Of a DNA stretch of 64,000 bases, positions 21,485-32,533 are shown piece by piece. Source of the stretch: an uncultured bacterium (GTDB taxonomy: Bacteria > Babelota > Babeliae > Babelales > Babelaceae); NCBI GenBank assembly GCA_963713855.1, contig OY970209.1, positions 1,120,001 through 1,184,000 of the forward strand, read 5' to 3'. The translations under genes were made by a program, and so were the position numbers. A model generated the notes under the pieces. The model worked only from the letters and a program-made list of their open reading frames with translations. It made no database searches and was not told where the DNA came from. Position 1 is the stretch's first letter, and every line of letters starts with the position of its first letter.

Positions 21485-23788
21485 CTATAGGGGAGTGGAG
21501 CGTAGCGATTCATCCCCGTGGAAATTAATAGTTCCTATACCACGATACCGGTATTTATAAATATAGATTAATACACTAACAGTCGCTATTCCTGCAGCAA
21601 AAAGGCCGAGAACTACTGGCAAGCCAACTGAAAGACCTATAATAACCCCGAGTGGAACGCTACTTCCATCGCCGCCATTTCCCCCCGTTGTGGCGCTATA
21701 GCTACCATCACCAAAGAGCGGAATGATAGACACGTCACTTGAATCAAAGTTGGCAGTGGCAAGATAGGTACCATTTGACACAAATGCTACAGCCACACAG
21801 TCGCTTGAGTTACTCGGCAAAGTATAAGAAATACCTTTGCTTAAAAGGCCACTGGCCACGGCGAAGAGTGTTATGGTGTTGTATATACTATCAGCCGTAG
21901 CAAGATACATACCATCAGGTGAGGAAGCGATTGAAAGAGGATTCATGCTACCCACAGGTAGTGAATAGGATTGCCCAGCACTTAACATGCCTGCTTGTAC
22001 ATCGAAAATGGTCACATCACTAGAACCGCTGTTAGCTGTGGCAACGAGTAAGTTGTTATTACTTAATAAAAAGAGAATTGAGCGCGGCTGCGTAGATCCT
22101 ACGGGCAAATGGTAAGAAGCGCCATTGCTTAACACTCCATTGGTTACTTGAAAGAGCGTTGTATCATTTGAATAGGCATTGGCGGTAGCAAGGTAAGCCC
22201 CACTTGGCGCAAAAGCTAACGATACAGGGTGTAAAGAACCTGCTGGTAACGGATAAGAGAGAGGGCTATTCAAAGCTCCAGAGATTACCTTAAAAATGGT
22301 TATGTCATTTGTGTTACTGTTGGCTACAGCAAGGTACAAATCATCGGGCGAAAATACTGCTGAAGCAGGATTGGTAGAATTCTTAGGCAATGCATATGAT
22401 GTCCCTCCCGTTAGTGCTCCTCCTACAACGTTAAAGAGCGTTACATCGTGTGAGTTGCTATTTGCCGTTGCAACATGTGCGTTATCGAGGGAAAAAGTAA
22501 CCGAAGTGGGATTTAATGAACCGGATGGTAAGGGGTACGATTTTCCTAAGGAAAGCGTATCCAGCGTACCCGTCGAATTTACCATGAACATCGTTACATC
22601 GCTTGTGTTATAATTTCCTGTTGCTAGATACAAGTTATTTGGGGAAATAGCTACTGAGTCAGGCCCGTAGGAACCAGGGGGTAAGGGATAAGAGGTTGTT
22701 GGGATACTGCCGCTAGGACAATTGACTGTAAAGACCGTAACATTATTTGAAGTATGATTAGCAGTTGCACAATATAAACCATTTGGTGAAAACGCTATTG
22801 AAGATGGGCGAGTAGAGCCAGAGGGTAATGGATAGGAGGCGCCATTGCTTAAGGCACCGCCTGTTCCTACCGTAAAAACCGTCACATCATTTGAGGTATC
22901 ATTAGCAGTAGCACAATATAAACCATTTGGTGAAAATGCTATCGAAATAGGCAATGTAGAACCAGAAGGTAAAGAGTATGGAGTAGCCCCGCTCAGCACA
23001 CCTCCCGTTCCTACACTAAATACTGTTACATTGTCACTAGCAGTAGCAAGATATAAGCCATTGGGTGAAAATGCTACTGAATAGGGTGTACCACTAGGCA
23101 AAGTATACGATGTACCGCCACTTAAAGACCCTCCCACGCCCACACTAAATACCGTTAGGTTATTTGAACCATTATTAGCAGTAGCAAGATATGAGCCATT
23201 TGGTGAAAAAGATATTGAAACGGGATCTGTGGAACCTGATGGCAAAGGATACGAAGTGCCTCCACTTAAGACACCGCCTGATCCTACACTGAATACTGTG
23301 ACATCATTTGAATAATTAGCTGTAGCAAGATATGCGCCATTTGGCGAAAATGTTATCGACAAGGGATCTGTGGAACCAGCCGGTAATGCGTACGTGGTGC
23401 CACCGCTTAGAGCACCGCCTGATCCTACGCTATATATTATTACACCAGCACCATTTTGATTATTGCTGGCAAGATACGAGCCATCGGGTGAAAATGCTAT
23501 CGTAAAGGGAGATGCGCCAGAGGGTGCTGTGTACGAAATACCGCCGCTCAGAGCACCTCCTGCTCCTACCGTAAAGATCGTCAGATCATTTGAAGCATTA
23601 TTAGCGGTAGCAAAATATGAGCCATTTGGTGAAAATACTGCTGACCCGGGCTGTAGAGAGCCAGCTGGTAAAGCATAACTCGTGCCCGATGACAAAGAAC
23701 AAGCATCGGAATCTTCAGAACCTAGTATAAAAAAAATTGATAATGTTATATAGAGATAGGCAATTGGAAATCGTTTAGTATTTTTCAT
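21485..23788 (-). CDS. Membrane-anchored beta-propeller repeat protein, 14 blades
   Basis: Signal peptide, 7+7 blades, TM VPLGVIIGLSVGLP, tail YKYRYRGIGTINFHG...STPL. Confidence 0.9.
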   Translation of the reverse strand: MKNTKRFPIAYLYITLSIFFILGSEDSDACSLSSGTSYALPAGSLQPGSAVFSPNGSYFATANNASNDLTIFTVGAGGALSGGISYTAPSGASPFTIAFSPDGSYLASNNQNGAGVIIYSVGSGGALSGGTTYALPAGSTDPLSITFSPNGAYLATANYSNDVTVFSVGSGGVLSGGTSYPLPSGSTDPVSISFSPNGSYLATANNGSNNLTVFSVGVGGSLSGGTSYTLPSGTPYSVAFSPNGLYLATASDNVTVFSVGTGGVLSGATPYSLPSGSTLPISIAFSPNGLYCATANDTSNDVTVFTVGTGGALSNGASYPLPSGSTRPSSIAFSPNGLYCATANHTSNNVTVFTVNCPSGSIPTTSYPLPPGSYGPDSVAISPNNLYLATGNYNTSDVTMFMVNSTGTLDTLSLGKSYPLPSGSLNPTSVTFSLDNAHVATANSNSHDVTLFNVVGGALTGGTSYALPKNSTNPASAVFSPDDLYLAVANSNTNDITIFKVISGALNSPLSYPLPAGSLHPVSLAFAPSGAYLATANAYSNDTTLFQVTNGVLSNGASYHLPVGSTQPRSILFLLSNNNLLVATANSGSSDVTIFDVQAGMLSAGQSYSLPVGSMNPLSIASSPDGMYLATADSIYNTITLFAVASGLLSKGISYTLPSNSSDCVAVAFVSNGTYLATANFDSSDVSIIPLFGDGSYSATTGGNGGDGSSVPLGVIIGLSVGLPVVLGLFAAGIATVSVLIYIYKYRYRGIGTINFHGDESLRSTPL

Positions 23789-24131
23789 AATAAAGTCCCG
23801 GGTCCTTAGGTCTTTAAGTTATAGTTTTTGCAAGATACACTGAATCTAGCATGACTCATTTTTTTATTCTATAAAGACGAAAAAAGGGTTGTAAAAAGAC
23901 GTCGACATGCAATCTAAAGGTTTGCCAGAGCTTGTTGGCTATCTACGAAATGAGCACTGCTTTGCACCCATGAGCTCTACATCAACATTAGATGTTATAT
24001 GGTACGATAATCTGCGAGGCGTCGTTTAATCTACTCGTTATCGTGCCCTGATGCTTTTTTGTCCGGAAGCCCTTATATTTATACCACAATAAAATATCTA
24101 CCGATTTTTAAAATTGATAAAAAAACGAGCA

Positions 24132-27100
24132 TCATAATGAATCAGTAGTATCTGGCCCAATATTAACACTACCTAAAGCAGCGCGTGGCCTGTATACATA
24201 GTGATACACTCCACAGAGCGCAACTCCTATTGTGGCCAACAAGGCAGCACCTCCTAGAATAGTCACAGGTAAAACAGTTGCAAGAATAATCGTTACCTCA
24301 TTATTGTTTGAGGAGCTTCCTAAACCACCAGCACTACCGTCACCACCTAACAGGGCTCCAAAAGAACCGACTGTTACATCATTTGAATCAAAATTAGCAG
24401 TAGCGAGATATTCTTGTCCATTGGTTGCATTGTTCGGTGCAAAAGTGAGGGCAACGCAGTGGGTTGAGTTGGTAGGTAAAGGGTAAGAACCATTTGCTTG
24501 TAGGATTCCATTGTTAACAGTAAAGAGCGTGAAACTATTCGAATCGCTATTGGCCGTAGCAATATAAGCACCATTGAATGAAGCGGCAATGGATTGTGGA
24601 TTAAGTGAGCCAGTAGGCAATGCGTAGGATTGGGCATTACTTAATGTGCCTGATTGGAAGTTGAACGTAGTAACATCATTTGAACCACCATTAGCAGTAA
24701 CGAGCAGCAACCCGTTGCTTGAAATAGGTAAAAATAAAAGAGACTGGGGTCCCGTAGATCCTGACAGTAAAGGTGTTAAACTTCCGCCGCTTAAGACTCC
24801 TGATGCAAATGTAAACACGGCAATGTTATTAGAGACAAAATTAGCTGTAGCAAGGTATAAACCGTCCGGCGTAAATGTAATTGCTTGAGGATCTGAAGCC
24901 CCCGTAGGGAGCGGGTAGGCGATTGGATTGTTCAAAACACCTGCTGCTATTTGAAATACCGTAACATCATTGGAACCACGGTTGGCGACAGCAACGTAAA
25001 GATTGTCCGGCGAGAACTGTAATGAGCTAGGGTTCGTAGATCCAGCAGATAACGGGTACGAAAGAGCATTTGTTAATTGTCCCGCTGTTAGTTGGAAGAC
25101 GGTGACATCATTTGTTTTGTCATTGGCCGTTAAAACATACAGGGTGTCGAAAGAAAAAGCTACTGAAGCGGGAAATGAAGCAGTGACACCATTGTACGGT
25201 AACGGGTAAGACCGTTTTGTTCCCAAAGTAACATTGTTGTTAGTCGAATCAACTGTGAAGAGGGTGACATCGCTTGTATCATAATTTGCTGTTGCAAGGT
25301 ATAAAGCATTTGCTGAAAAAGCTATCGCAGTTGGCTCTTGAGAGCCTGTGGATAGTGGTGGTAAGGGGTACGAAGTTCCTCCAGTGAGTGCTCCTCCAGT
25401 TACGGTAAATACACTTACATTAGACGAACCATAATTAGCGGTGGCAAGATAAGCGCCATTTGGTGAAAATGCAGCTGAGTAGGGATTTGTAGAACCAGAG
25501 GGTAACGCATACGATGTACCACCACTGAGCACTCCTCCCGAACCTACGCTAAAGACAGTGACAGTATTTGAAGCATTAGCAGAATTAGCAGTAGCAAGAT
25601 ATGAACCATTTGGTGAAAATGCTAGCGATCTGGGATTAAAAGAGCCAGAGGGTAAAGCGTACGAGGTACCTCCACTCAGAATTCCTCCTGTTCCCACAGT
25701 AAATACTGTTACGTCATTTGAATTGAAATTAGCAGTAGCAAGGTATGCACCAGTTGGTGAAAATGCTACTAAAATGGGATCTGTAGAACCAGGAGGTAAT
25801 GCATACGATGTGCCGCCGCTCAGAATACCTCCTGTTCCTACAGTAAATACGGTCACATTATTTGAACCACCATTAGCAGTAGCCAGGTATGATCCATTCG
25901 GCGAAAATGCTACTGATTGGGGATATGAAGAACCAGAAGGCAATGTATACGAAGTACCTCCACTGAGCGTGCCTCCCGTTACATTAAATACTGTTACCAT
26001 AGCGTGCTCCGGATCAGTAGCAACAAGATATAAGCCATTTGGTGAAAATGCTACTGAAACAGGATATGCAAAATTATAAGGCAGAGAATACTCAGTACCT
26101 TGGCTGAGCACGCCTTCGGCTCCAACGCTAAATAATATTATCCTGCCCGAATTTGGATTAGCTGTAGCAAGATATGAACTATCCGGTGAGAAGGCTACAG
26201 AGAATGGCTCTATGGAAGTGGAGAACACCGGATATGATGTACCCCCGTTGAGAGCACCTCCAGTTACACTAAATATCGTCACGTTCGCAGAAAAATAATT
26301 AGCGGTAGCAAGATATGAGCCATCAGGAGAAAAAGCTACTGAATAGGGATTTGTAGAGCCAGAAGGTAATGGATAGGCGGTGCCACCGCTCAGCACACCT
26401 CCCGTCACGCTAAATATCGTCACGGTGGTTGCCCCATTAGCAACAGCAAGATAGTTATCATTGGGTGAAAATGCTACTGCGTAGGCACCTGCTGGTAGAG
26501 AATAAGAAGTCCCCCCGTTCAGAACACTTCCAGTTCCTACTCTAAATATCGTCACATTATTTGAAGTTAAATTAGCAGTAGCAAAGTATAAACCGTTAGA
26601 CGAAAATGCTCCTGATTGGGATCCGGTAGAACCAGCAGGCAACGGATATGACGTAGCCCCACTAAGAACGCCCCCTGTTCCCACATTAAATACCGTAACG
26701 GTATTTGAACTACAACATATATTAGTTGTAATAACAATTGAATTATTGGGTGAAAATGCTATCGAAGTAGGCTCGCTTGAACCAGAAGGCAAGGCATACG
26801 ATATTCCATTGCTCAGTTTTCCTTCAGCTTCCACGCTAAACACAGTAACGTTAGCCGAATTAATGTTGGCAGTAGCAAGATATGAGCCATTTGGCGAAAA
26901 TGCTATTGATTGAGGGCTGAAAGAACCAGAAGGAAGTGAGTAAGAAGTTGCCCCGTTCAAGATACCTCCGGTCCCTACGTTAAATACACACACGTCATTT
27001 GAACCCGAATTAGCAGTAGCGAGATATAAGCCATTAGGCGAAAATGCTACTGAGTAAGGAGTTTTAGAACCGGCAGACAAAGGATACGATGTACCACCGC

Positions 27101-27470
27101 TCAAGACTCCTCCGGTTCCCACGCTAAAGACCGTTACATCATTGGAATTTTGATTCACCGTGGCAAGGTATAAGCCATTTGGGGAAAAAACTGCTGAATA
27201 GGGACCTGTTGGGGCCGCAGGCAACGAAAAAGAACTGCCTTCAGTGAAGATGCCTCCCGTTTGCACATTAAAAACTGAAACATCATTGAGATTAGCTGTT
27301 GCAAAATATTGACCATTGGGCGAAAATTGTCCATCACTAGGCCATTCAGACGCGCCTGGCAGGGGGTAACTTACCTCGCTTATGGCTCGAGTCAACATGC
27401 TGACAGTGCAAATGATTACTAGGCTTAATACAATAATCCATCTCTGTATGAGAGTAATAAAAGTCTTCAC
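24132..27470 (-). CDS. Membrane-anchored beta-propeller repeat protein, 21 blades
   Basis: GTG start with GGAGA SD, signal peptide, 21 blades, TM, tail YRPRAALGSVNIGPDTTDSL. Confidence 0.9.
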   Translation of the reverse strand: MKTFITLIQRWIIVLSLVIICTVSMLTRAISEVSYPLPGASEWPSDGQFSPNGQYFATANLNDVSVFNVQTGGIFTEGSSFSLPAAPTGPYSAVFSPNGLYLATVNQNSNDVTVFSVGTGGVLSGGTSYPLSAGSKTPYSVAFSPNGLYLATANSGSNDVCVFNVGTGGILNGATSYSLPSGSFSPQSIAFSPNGSYLATANINSANVTVFSVEAEGKLSNGISYALPSGSSEPTSIAFSPNNSIVITTNICCSSNTVTVFNVGTGGVLSGATSYPLPAGSTGSQSGAFSSNGLYFATANLTSNNVTIFRVGTGSVLNGGTSYSLPAGAYAVAFSPNDNYLAVANGATTVTIFSVTGGVLSGGTAYPLPSGSTNPYSVAFSPDGSYLATANYFSANVTIFSVTGGALNGGTSYPVFSTSIEPFSVAFSPDSSYLATANPNSGRIILFSVGAEGVLSQGTEYSLPYNFAYPVSVAFSPNGLYLVATDPEHAMVTVFNVTGGTLSGGTSYTLPSGSSYPQSVAFSPNGSYLATANGGSNNVTVFTVGTGGILSGGTSYALPPGSTDPILVAFSPTGAYLATANFNSNDVTVFTVGTGGILSGGTSYALPSGSFNPRSLAFSPNGSYLATANSANASNTVTVFSVGSGGVLSGGTSYALPSGSTNPYSAAFSPNGAYLATANYGSSNVSVFTVTGGALTGGTSYPLPPLSTGSQEPTAIAFSANALYLATANYDTSDVTLFTVDSTNNNVTLGTKRSYPLPYNGVTASFPASVAFSFDTLYVLTANDKTNDVTVFQLTAGQLTNALSYPLSAGSTNPSSLQFSPDNLYVAVANRGSNDVTVFQIAAGVLNNPIAYPLPTGASDPQAITFTPDGLYLATANFVSNNIAVFTFASGVLSGGSLTPLLSGSTGPQSLLFLPISSNGLLLVTANGGSNDVTTFNFQSGTLSNAQSYALPTGSLNPQSIAASFNGAYIATANSDSNSFTLFTVNNGILQANGSYPLPTNSTHCVALTFAPNNATNGQEYLATANFDSNDVTVGSFGALLGGDGSAGGLGSSSNNNEVTIILATVLPVTILGGAALLATIGVALCGVYHYVYRPRAALGSVNIGPDTTDSL

Positions 27471-27659
27471 GCTATCTCCGTAATTTGTAAATGTATGTTC
27501 GCTATAAGCTTATTTTTTCTGAAAAAGTTTTTCTCAGAAAATTTTTTCCATTCTTGCACAAAGCAACAATTTGTGCAACTGGTATTGCCTGGCTAGGCAA
27601 CATCATATTCTTTAGTTACGTATATGTAAATGTGTAAGCCGCTGTTAAATCAACGAGTG

Positions 27660-28345
27660 TGCCTGTTGGCTCAGTAAATCCTTTAGGGCAAAATTCGAAC
27701 AACGATGTAACCATAACTTTCTCGCTAAATGGGTCTTTTCTTGTCACAGATAAGCTTTGAAAAGCTAGCTAGATTGCCTAAGTTTAAAGTGGTAGATTTG
27801 TTCTACCTTTAAAAGATGTTTCCGTATTCGATTTTCAAGCGGGCACTGTGAGCAATGGCCAGTCCTATCCATTACCTTCATAAACCATTAATCCGCAATC
27901 TATTACTGCAGCTTCATCGATGAATGGTAAGTACATGGCGACTGCTAACAGCGGATCAAGTAGCTTTACTCTTTATACAGTAAGCAATGGTATCTTAAGT
28001 TAGGGAATTTCATATGACTTGCCAGCTAACTCGACATAATGTGTTGGTATAACGTTTGCTCCCGACGGAGCGCATCTGACCACTGCCAATGCCTTTTTAG
28101 ATCATATGACGGTAGCTTCGCTTTTCGAGGGCGGTAATAATTATGGTGGCACTGGAAGCGTTGGAGATGGTTTAAGCGGCAATAATAATTTGGCCATCAT
28201 TCTCACCACAACGCTAACCGTGGGTATTGTGGGAACTGCCGCCATTCTTACGACTGCAGCCGCAGTTTCTTTTTTGGCTTACAAATATACATCGACCTCG
28301 TGCCGCACTCGGAAGCGTAAACTACGGACGGAAGAAGAGCTTTAA
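27660..28345 (+). pseudogene. Decayed 3' part of a beta-propeller gene, paralog of 24132..27470
   Basis: The frame from 27815 reads DVSVFDFQAGTVSNGQSYPLPS*TINPQSI... with in-frame stops at 27881, 28001 and 28037, then linker and TM. The frameshifted tail reads HRPRAALGSVNYG. Blade scraps lie at 27660-27750. Confidence 0.85.
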
Positions 28346-28408
28346 GGGATATCCTCTCCCGATGCACTAAGGATTTCAAAGCGCTCTTACCTTTTGCTTC
28401 GATGAATT

Positions 28409-28447
28409 TCCTTGAAATATGGAAGCTGGACTTCCATATTTCAAGGA
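28409..28447. repeat. Perfect 17-bp inverted repeat with 5-nt loop
   Basis: TCCTTGAAATATGGAAG-ctgga-CTTCCATATTTCAAGGA. Confidence 0.85.
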
Positions 28448-28639
28448 TTTTAGTTCAGTCTCTGGAGGCAAACTAACTGCGATAGACTTTCAACTCATTT
28501 TCAAATTTTTTCTCAAACTCGCCTGTTGCGAGTGTTTCCAAACCATATGCTGTTATACCCTTTTCGAGAGGAAAAATTCTGTCGCCTGGATATAGAAGAG
28601 CTAAATGGTCAAGTTTAAGGTGGAACCCTTGCACACCGA

Positions 28640-29611
28640 ATGCGCGTAGATCGCTCTACATACGCTGTGTCTAATGTTCTCGAATGGCTCTTAGCGCACG
28701 GATTTAACTTCGGGTCTAAGGATAAAAAGAGGGGTGAGACACCTTGCCAAAAAGCAATGAGGACTCGCTCCGAAGAAGCTATGCTGTGGTTTATTGAGCA
28801 CGGAGATAGAACCCCAGTGGATTTCATTGCACAATCCCTTGGAGATGAAAACTCCGACAGCGATGACGATGAAGATGAAGATGCAGACAGTGACGAATTG
28901 ATCAAGAAAAAGCCATTAATTAAAGCAATTTTTAATCGAGACTCACCATGTGTCCAAAGGCTATTGGAAGGCGGTACGCTTGATTCCTGGGATTTTAGGC
29001 ATTCATTTTTGCTCATGATAGCTTTGGGCGATGATTGGCTTGGCCATGAGCCTATTGACTATGTTGTAAAAAATATGAAAGACGAGATAACCTTGAGCAC
29101 TTTGGTCTTTGCCCTTGAAACAGCTATCGTTAATAATAATGAGCGAATGTTTATGGTATTGCTAAATTGGCTAAAAGAACGTGTAAAAGCTGAAGCTGAA
29201 AGAAAACGTTCTGCGGCTGCAGATACAAGCAAATTTTCCACTGTAATCGAAAGAATTTTATTTTGGGCAGCGATATTCGGTCGCGAAAGAATGGCCAGGG
29301 AAATAACAAGCTATGCTCTCTTGAGAAATATCTCGTTAGAAAGGGCTCGATGGCGCATTGAACAGTATTTAACTCGTACAAATTTCCGGCAGGAAGAACA
29401 TGCGAAGAAAGAAATGATCAGTTCTATTCTAGAAAGTCTCAGGCAAGCACTTAAACTTAATGAGGAACTAGCGGCTGTCTATAAAAGGGAATTAAATAAG
29501 AAACTTCATCCTTTCGGGACTTCTTCTTTTTATGTCGACATCGTGAGGAATTTTCCTATCGAGGTCATTCAAATGATAGTGGCAATGTTTTATATGCAGA
29601 ATAGAAATTAA
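28640..29611 (+). CDS. Ankyrin-like protein, probably 5'-truncated, with acidic tract and C-terminal F-box-like motif
   Basis: Shares the helical C-domain of 14262/15992; DSDDDEDEDADSD tract; ends RNFPIEVIQMIVAMF. No signal peptide; the upstream in-frame sequence LDIEELNGQV*GGTLAH is interrupted by a stop. Confidence 0.65.
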   Translation: MRVDRSTYAVSNVLEWLLAHGFNFGSKDKKRGETPCQKAMRTRSEEAMLWFIEHGDRTPVDFIAQSLGDENSDSDDDEDEDADSDELIKKKPLIKAIFNRDSPCVQRLLEGGTLDSWDFRHSFLLMIALGDDWLGHEPIDYVVKNMKDEITLSTLVFALETAIVNNNERMFMVLLNWLKERVKAEAERKRSAAADTSKFSTVIERILFWAAIFGRERMAREITSYALLRNISLERARWRIEQYLTRTNFRQEEHAKKEMISSILESLRQALKLNEELAAVYKRELNKKLHPFGTSSFYVDIVRNFPIEVIQMIVAMFYMQNRN

Positions 29612-30314
29612 TGCACAAAGAAGAACAAATGCGAATGAATTCAGCCTCTAGCAAGAAAAAATAATCCCTCCCATAATTTGTATGAAGCGATGTCTTTTCT
29701 TTTGTCTTATTTGATTCTCGTTGCCCTATTTTAAATGCGGATTGTAGAATGTTTGATTTATTTAAAAATATTTGTATATGATTTATAGTGATAAATCTCA
29801 GCGGGGGGAGCTCGTATCAAAATAGCTCCATTTCAAGAAAAAAGCTGTAGTATAAGCTTTTTTATAGATCTATGACAACAAATCAGAATTTGTTGACTTA
29901 GGTATTGGGCAATCTTTGCTTGGGATCTTTTCCGTGAGAAGAACTTGGCCTCTACCGTCGCGGATTCTTAAATGAAAAATTCACGCGTTATTAGTGAACT
30001 TTAAAGGCCCAGAATTGCGGCCTACTCTTTTAGAACTTAAAAAGTTTAGGTTGGGTCTTTTCATAGCGCTTCCATTCATGGATACTATGTTCCGTATTTC
30101 TTGGCTTTTTAAGCCCTTTAACAAAACCTAAAATATTCCTACTACAGAATCGTAACACAATTAATTCCCGCTTGCTTACATCGTTATCCAGGTGAACTAT
30201 AATAACAACGTTCTTCGTAAGAAAGAACATTGCAGCGATGTCATAGAAGTCCGGGCGCATCATCTTTAATCGATTAAGATATCCGCTCTGTAAAAATTAC
30301 CAGGAGATTCACGT

Positions 30315-32033
30315 ATGTTTTCTATTCACCACTGCATTCTTTTAATGTTGGTGCTTGTTTCTTTAGTGGGCTCGGAGACTCATGGTCTTTGTCCAGGTAT
30401 TAGTTACACGCTACCGTCTGGTTCTACAAATCCCCATTCAGTAGCATTTTCGCCCAATGGTTCCTATCTCGCTACCGCTAATTTTAATTCAAATGGTGTA
30501 ACCATATTTACCGTGGGAACAGGAGGCGTATTGAGCGGCAGCACGTCATACGCCTTACCGTCTGGTTCTACAGCTCCCTATTCAGTGGCATTTTCGCCGA
30601 ATGGCTCCTATCTTGCAACTGCTAATTATGGCTCAAGTAATGTAACCATATTTAGTGTAGGAACAGGAGGAGTATTGAGTGGCGGCATTTCGTATGCGCT
30701 ACCGTCTGGTTCTTCAGAACCCATATCGGTAACATTTTCACCCAATTCTTCATACCTTGCTATTGGTAATTTTGGTTCAAGTGATGTAACGCTTTTAAGC
30801 TCTGTGTGTCCTAGTGGCAAGAGTCCAACAACTTCATATCCCCTACCTCCTGGCTCTTACGGGCCTGATTCAGTAGCTCTTTCACCGAATAATTTATATC
30901 TTGCGACAGCGAATTATAATTCAAGCGACGTAACCATATTTATGATAAATTCGACTGGCATGATGGATACGCTTTATTTAGGAACGTCATACCCATTACC
31001 ATCCGGTTCATCATACCCGTCTTCAGTTACTTTTTCGCTTGATAACGCATATGTTGCAACAGCCAATAGCTACTCAAATGATGTCACTCTCTTTAAGGTA
31101 GTAGGAGGAAAGTTAACAGGAGGAATCTCATACGCATTACCTAAGAACTCTACCAACCCAGTTTGGGCAACCTTCTCGCCCGATGATTCTTATCTGGCCG
31201 TAGCCAATTATAAGTCAAACGACGTAACCATATTTAACGTTGCCGTAGGATTATTATCTGGACCAATTTCCTACAGATTACCTGCGGGATCATTAGAGCC
31301 TGTATCACTAGCCTTTGCACCTAATGGTACCCATCTTGCTACTGCCAATGTCAATTCAAGTGACGTGACACTCTTTAAAGTAACAAATGGTGTGTTAAGC
31401 AGTGGCATTTCTTACTCCTTACCCACCGGATCTACGCAACCTCGATCAATCCTCTTTTTGCCCATTTCTGGTGGTGATTTACTCGTTGCTACAGCCAATA
31501 GTGGTTCAGATGATGTGACAACCTTCAGCGTACAAGGAGGCATCCTAAACACGGGTAATTCGTATCCATTACCCCCGGGCGCTTTTAATCCCCTATCATT
31601 GGCCTCCTCATCAGATGGCGCCTACCTTGCTACTGCTAATAGTGGCTCTAACAGTATCACGGTCTTTACTGTTAACGCGGGTATATTAGATCAAGGTACA
31701 TCTTATTCTTTGCCCATTAACTCGAGCGACTGCGTGGCAGTAGACTTTTCGCCAAATGAAACTTATGTTGTTACTGCCAATTTTGATTCAAATGACGTGT
31801 CGCTCATTCCGATCTTGAGCAGAGGTAATGGAATTTCAAGTGAGGGCAGTAGTAGCGATAGTCTTCCGATTGGTGTTATCATAGGAACAACTGTGGGAAT
31901 TCCTCTAGGCCTTGGGGCAACAGCATTAGGAACAAGCATCGTCGGTTTTTTGGTATATAAGTACTTGCACAAGCATCACCATCTAGCTAGCAATGTTAAT
32001 TTTGATGGAAAGGAATCTTCAGATACTCTTTGA
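30315..32033 (+). CDS. Membrane-anchored beta-propeller repeat protein, 3+7 blades
   Basis: AGGAG SD, signal peptide, only 3 blades between the bracketing Cys, then a 7-blade unit close to that of 21485, TM, tail YKYLHKHHHLASNVNFDGKESSDTL. Confidence 0.88.
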   Translation: MFSIHHCILLMLVLVSLVGSETHGLCPGISYTLPSGSTNPHSVAFSPNGSYLATANFNSNGVTIFTVGTGGVLSGSTSYALPSGSTAPYSVAFSPNGSYLATANYGSSNVTIFSVGTGGVLSGGISYALPSGSSEPISVTFSPNSSYLAIGNFGSSDVTLLSSVCPSGKSPTTSYPLPPGSYGPDSVALSPNNLYLATANYNSSDVTIFMINSTGMMDTLYLGTSYPLPSGSSYPSSVTFSLDNAYVATANSYSNDVTLFKVVGGKLTGGISYALPKNSTNPVWATFSPDDSYLAVANYKSNDVTIFNVAVGLLSGPISYRLPAGSLEPVSLAFAPNGTHLATANVNSSDVTLFKVTNGVLSSGISYSLPTGSTQPRSILFLPISGGDLLVATANSGSDDVTTFSVQGGILNTGNSYPLPPGAFNPLSLASSSDGAYLATANSGSNSITVFTVNAGILDQGTSYSLPINSSDCVAVDFSPNETYVVTANFDSNDVSLIPILSRGNGISSEGSSSDSLPIGVIIGTTVGIPLGLGATALGTSIVGFLVYKYLHKHHHLASNVNFDGKESSDTL

Positions 32034-32236
32034 ATTAATAAGCATGGATTTTTTCTCAGCTGTTACTGACCCTTATAGAATGGCTTACCTGCAGGTGCAA
32101 TACTGCCGACTTCAGTTGAAAAAGCTTTACGTTCCGAATAAATCAGTGAAGATAAGCTGGTCTCTTTTTTCAACCCTATTTCAACTATGAGCGCTCAAAC
32201 TTCGACAAGCGACCACATTATATGATTGCTCTGGGA

Positions 32237-32532
32237 TCACCCCTTGGACCGCAGCTTTTTAACAATCAGTGAGTTAAAACTTACCCCGCATTCAGAGGCT
32301 GCTCGCTGCAAATGTGCATGCAAGTCGAATGGAATTTTAATGTTTGTTAGAGATACATGAACTTTGTTTTTGTTTGTCTTGTGTGATTTTTCTTTTGGGC
32401 CGCACGCTTGCTCTTAGGCCTAGGAGCTGCTTCTGGAACTTCAATAATAGTTGTGCGCAAATCAAGATTACCCTTTTTGTAAGCAATAGCTTCTTCTAAG
32501 CCCTTCTTTAATTGCTCGAAAAGTTTGGTCAT
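32237..32532 (-). pseudogene. Frameshifted antitoxin: HigA-like N-terminus plus HicB/Arc-like ribbon-helix-helix C-terminus
   Basis: MTKLFEQLKKGLEEAIAYKKG... then, in a shifted frame after an A-rich tract, KVHVSLTNIKIPFDLHAHLQRAASECGVSFNSLIVKKLRSKG*. Confidence 0.6.
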
Positions 32533-32533
32533 G

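Noticed and set aside
22740..26000. Regularly spaced DNA repeats resembling a CRISPR array
   Set aside because: They are coding 141-147 bp blade repeats inside ORFs, and no cas genes are present.
3788..26079. Antisense ORFs such as 3788..4090, 22296..22613 and 25558..26079
   Set aside because: Shadow frames of repetitive propeller genes with no independent coding signal.
30030..30263. Short ORF faintly like a transposase C-terminus
   Set aside because: No DDE or HTH motif and no inverted repeats.
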